From Syncephalis fuscata S228 (Eukaryota; Fungi; Zoopagomycota): DNA of 64,000 nucleotides. The notes under the pieces are model-generated. The model was not told where the DNA came from. It searched no databases and saw only the letters and a list, made by a program, of their open reading frames with translations. Numbering within the stretch: position 1 is the first letter of the stretch; every line of letters begins with the position of its first letter. The translations under genes were made by a program, and so were the position numbers. The stretch spans positions 186,001 to 250,000 of the forward strand of contig JAHLTZ010000019.1 in NCBI GenBank assembly GCA_025786725.1, written 5' to 3'. Of this stretch, positions 62,937 to 64,000 are shown piece by piece.

Positions 62937-63190
62937 TAATAAAAGTCAATCTACCCAACATGTCGGTACATCATAGAACAACAAGTAAAGCAATAATGCA
63001 TTAAGAATAAAAGTCATTTGACACCAAAACTACTCATTATCATAGAACATATATTCAGTATACTAACAAATATAATAAAATATAATAAGTCATTTACACC
63101 CAAAAAAACACTCATTATTATAGAACGTAGTTTCAGTATAATGGCGAATGTATTAAAAGAATAAAAGTCATTTGACACCAAAAACCATTA
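62937..63190. repeat. Degenerate tandem repeat, about 4 copies, period 68-78 bp
   Basis: AAGTCA anchor at 62943, 63011, 63087 and 63165. Consensus AATAAAAGTCATTTGACACCAAAA..CTCATTATCATAGAAC. Confidence 0.8.
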
Positions 63191-63375
63191 AAATGAAACA
63201 TGTTATTTTTATTGCATTGTATAAAGTAGAACAATGGTTTATATACTAAATAAAAAAGAATTACAATACTGATTCATAATAGACAAGTAATTGACCAACA
63301 GAAAATATACAGCCATCTAAATATTTAAAATGATTAGTATAATGGTTTGTTTGATTGCTAATGAGTACTTACCTT

Positions 63376-63952
63376 TTAATAAAATGGATATTTTTTGAGG
63401 CGGGCCTGTCGGAAAGGCTGCACGCGCTTCGCCGTAGCTTGCACCTTCGGCTTGATAGGGCGCGGACAATTTGGTTGTTGTCGTGAAGGTTTTGGTACCA
63501 GCTGCCGTTGCTTTTTCGCAACTGGTGCCGCCTCCACGGCTGTTGCCACTGTTGCTGCTGGCACCACTGGCGCTACTTCGCCAGTAAACCAGGAACAGGC
63601 CTGCGCCTGCTCGGCTGTAGGCCGAATGTCACTGTTGACATTCAGCAACTGCTTCATTAAGTGAACAGCTGCGAACTATTAGTTATGGTTAATAAAGACA
63701 TGTTTAACTTACCTTGTTCACTTGGCTCGTTTGCTTGTCCGCAGCCAAACGTAACCGAAGATTGAAGTACCTTCTTCATGTACCTCTCCACAATGCCAGT
63801 GTAGCCGTAGGGGCAATTGTCTAAAGATTGGTATATGATAGTTAGTATTGCACTTTGGTTTTGTTTGCACTTACCGAAAAACATTTCGTATAGAGTCGCC
63901 CCTAGACTCCACATGTCGGCCGGCTTCCCACAGCCATCGGCACCCAGCAATG
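63376..63952 (-). CDS. 3' exons of a Ser/Thr protein kinase (CAMK-like); gene continues beyond the window
   Basis: GKPADMWSLGATLYEMFF (subdomain IX) and LMKQLLNVNSDIRPTAEQA..WF (subdomain XI). Three exons linked by GT-AG introns; basic C-terminal tail. Confidence 0.85.
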
Positions 63953-64000
63953 CTGGAGTTAACCGACTTTTGAGAAGTGGGTCTCTGCTTATGATCGAAA

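Noticed and set aside
62937-63190. CRISPR array
   Set aside because: Eukaryotic context, degenerate repeats, mutually similar AT-rich spacers and no cas genes.

Overview
AT-rich, intron-dense eukaryotic DNA from an early-diverging fungus. The short 45-80 nt introns and the gene families suggest Zoopagomycota, possibly a Syncephalis-like mycoparasite (inference). The first 18 kb is an accessory-type region. It holds an F-box pseudogene, then a pair of roughly 2.77 kb, roughly 98% identical inverted repeats (2725-5507 and 13223-15987) that bracket only the CHD1 chromatin remodeller gene, then a signal-peptide phospholipase D. Each repeat arm carries an intact, outward-facing 5-exon gene that the ORF track splits into fragments. 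Spliced by hand it encodes a 306-aa protein with a signal peptide and a kinase-like fold lacking the catalytic motifs, i.e. a candidate secreted pseudokinase effector. CHD1 begins with a 7-nt coding microexon followed by an unusually long intron that folds into a long G-U-containing hairpin. The rest of the window is mostly conserved genes: TRAF7-like, SOM1, a tail-anchored protein, a homeobox gene, BUD31, RVB1, a C2H2 TF, GWT1, ERT1/AcuK, a P450, STK11IP-like, YAK1, gamma-glutamyltranspeptidase, malonyl-CoA decarboxylase, an NGL/Angel nuclease and the 3' part of a kinase. At least six apparent 1-nt deletions, including one in essential RVB1, point to long-read consensus errors. All gene models and alignments were done by eye.
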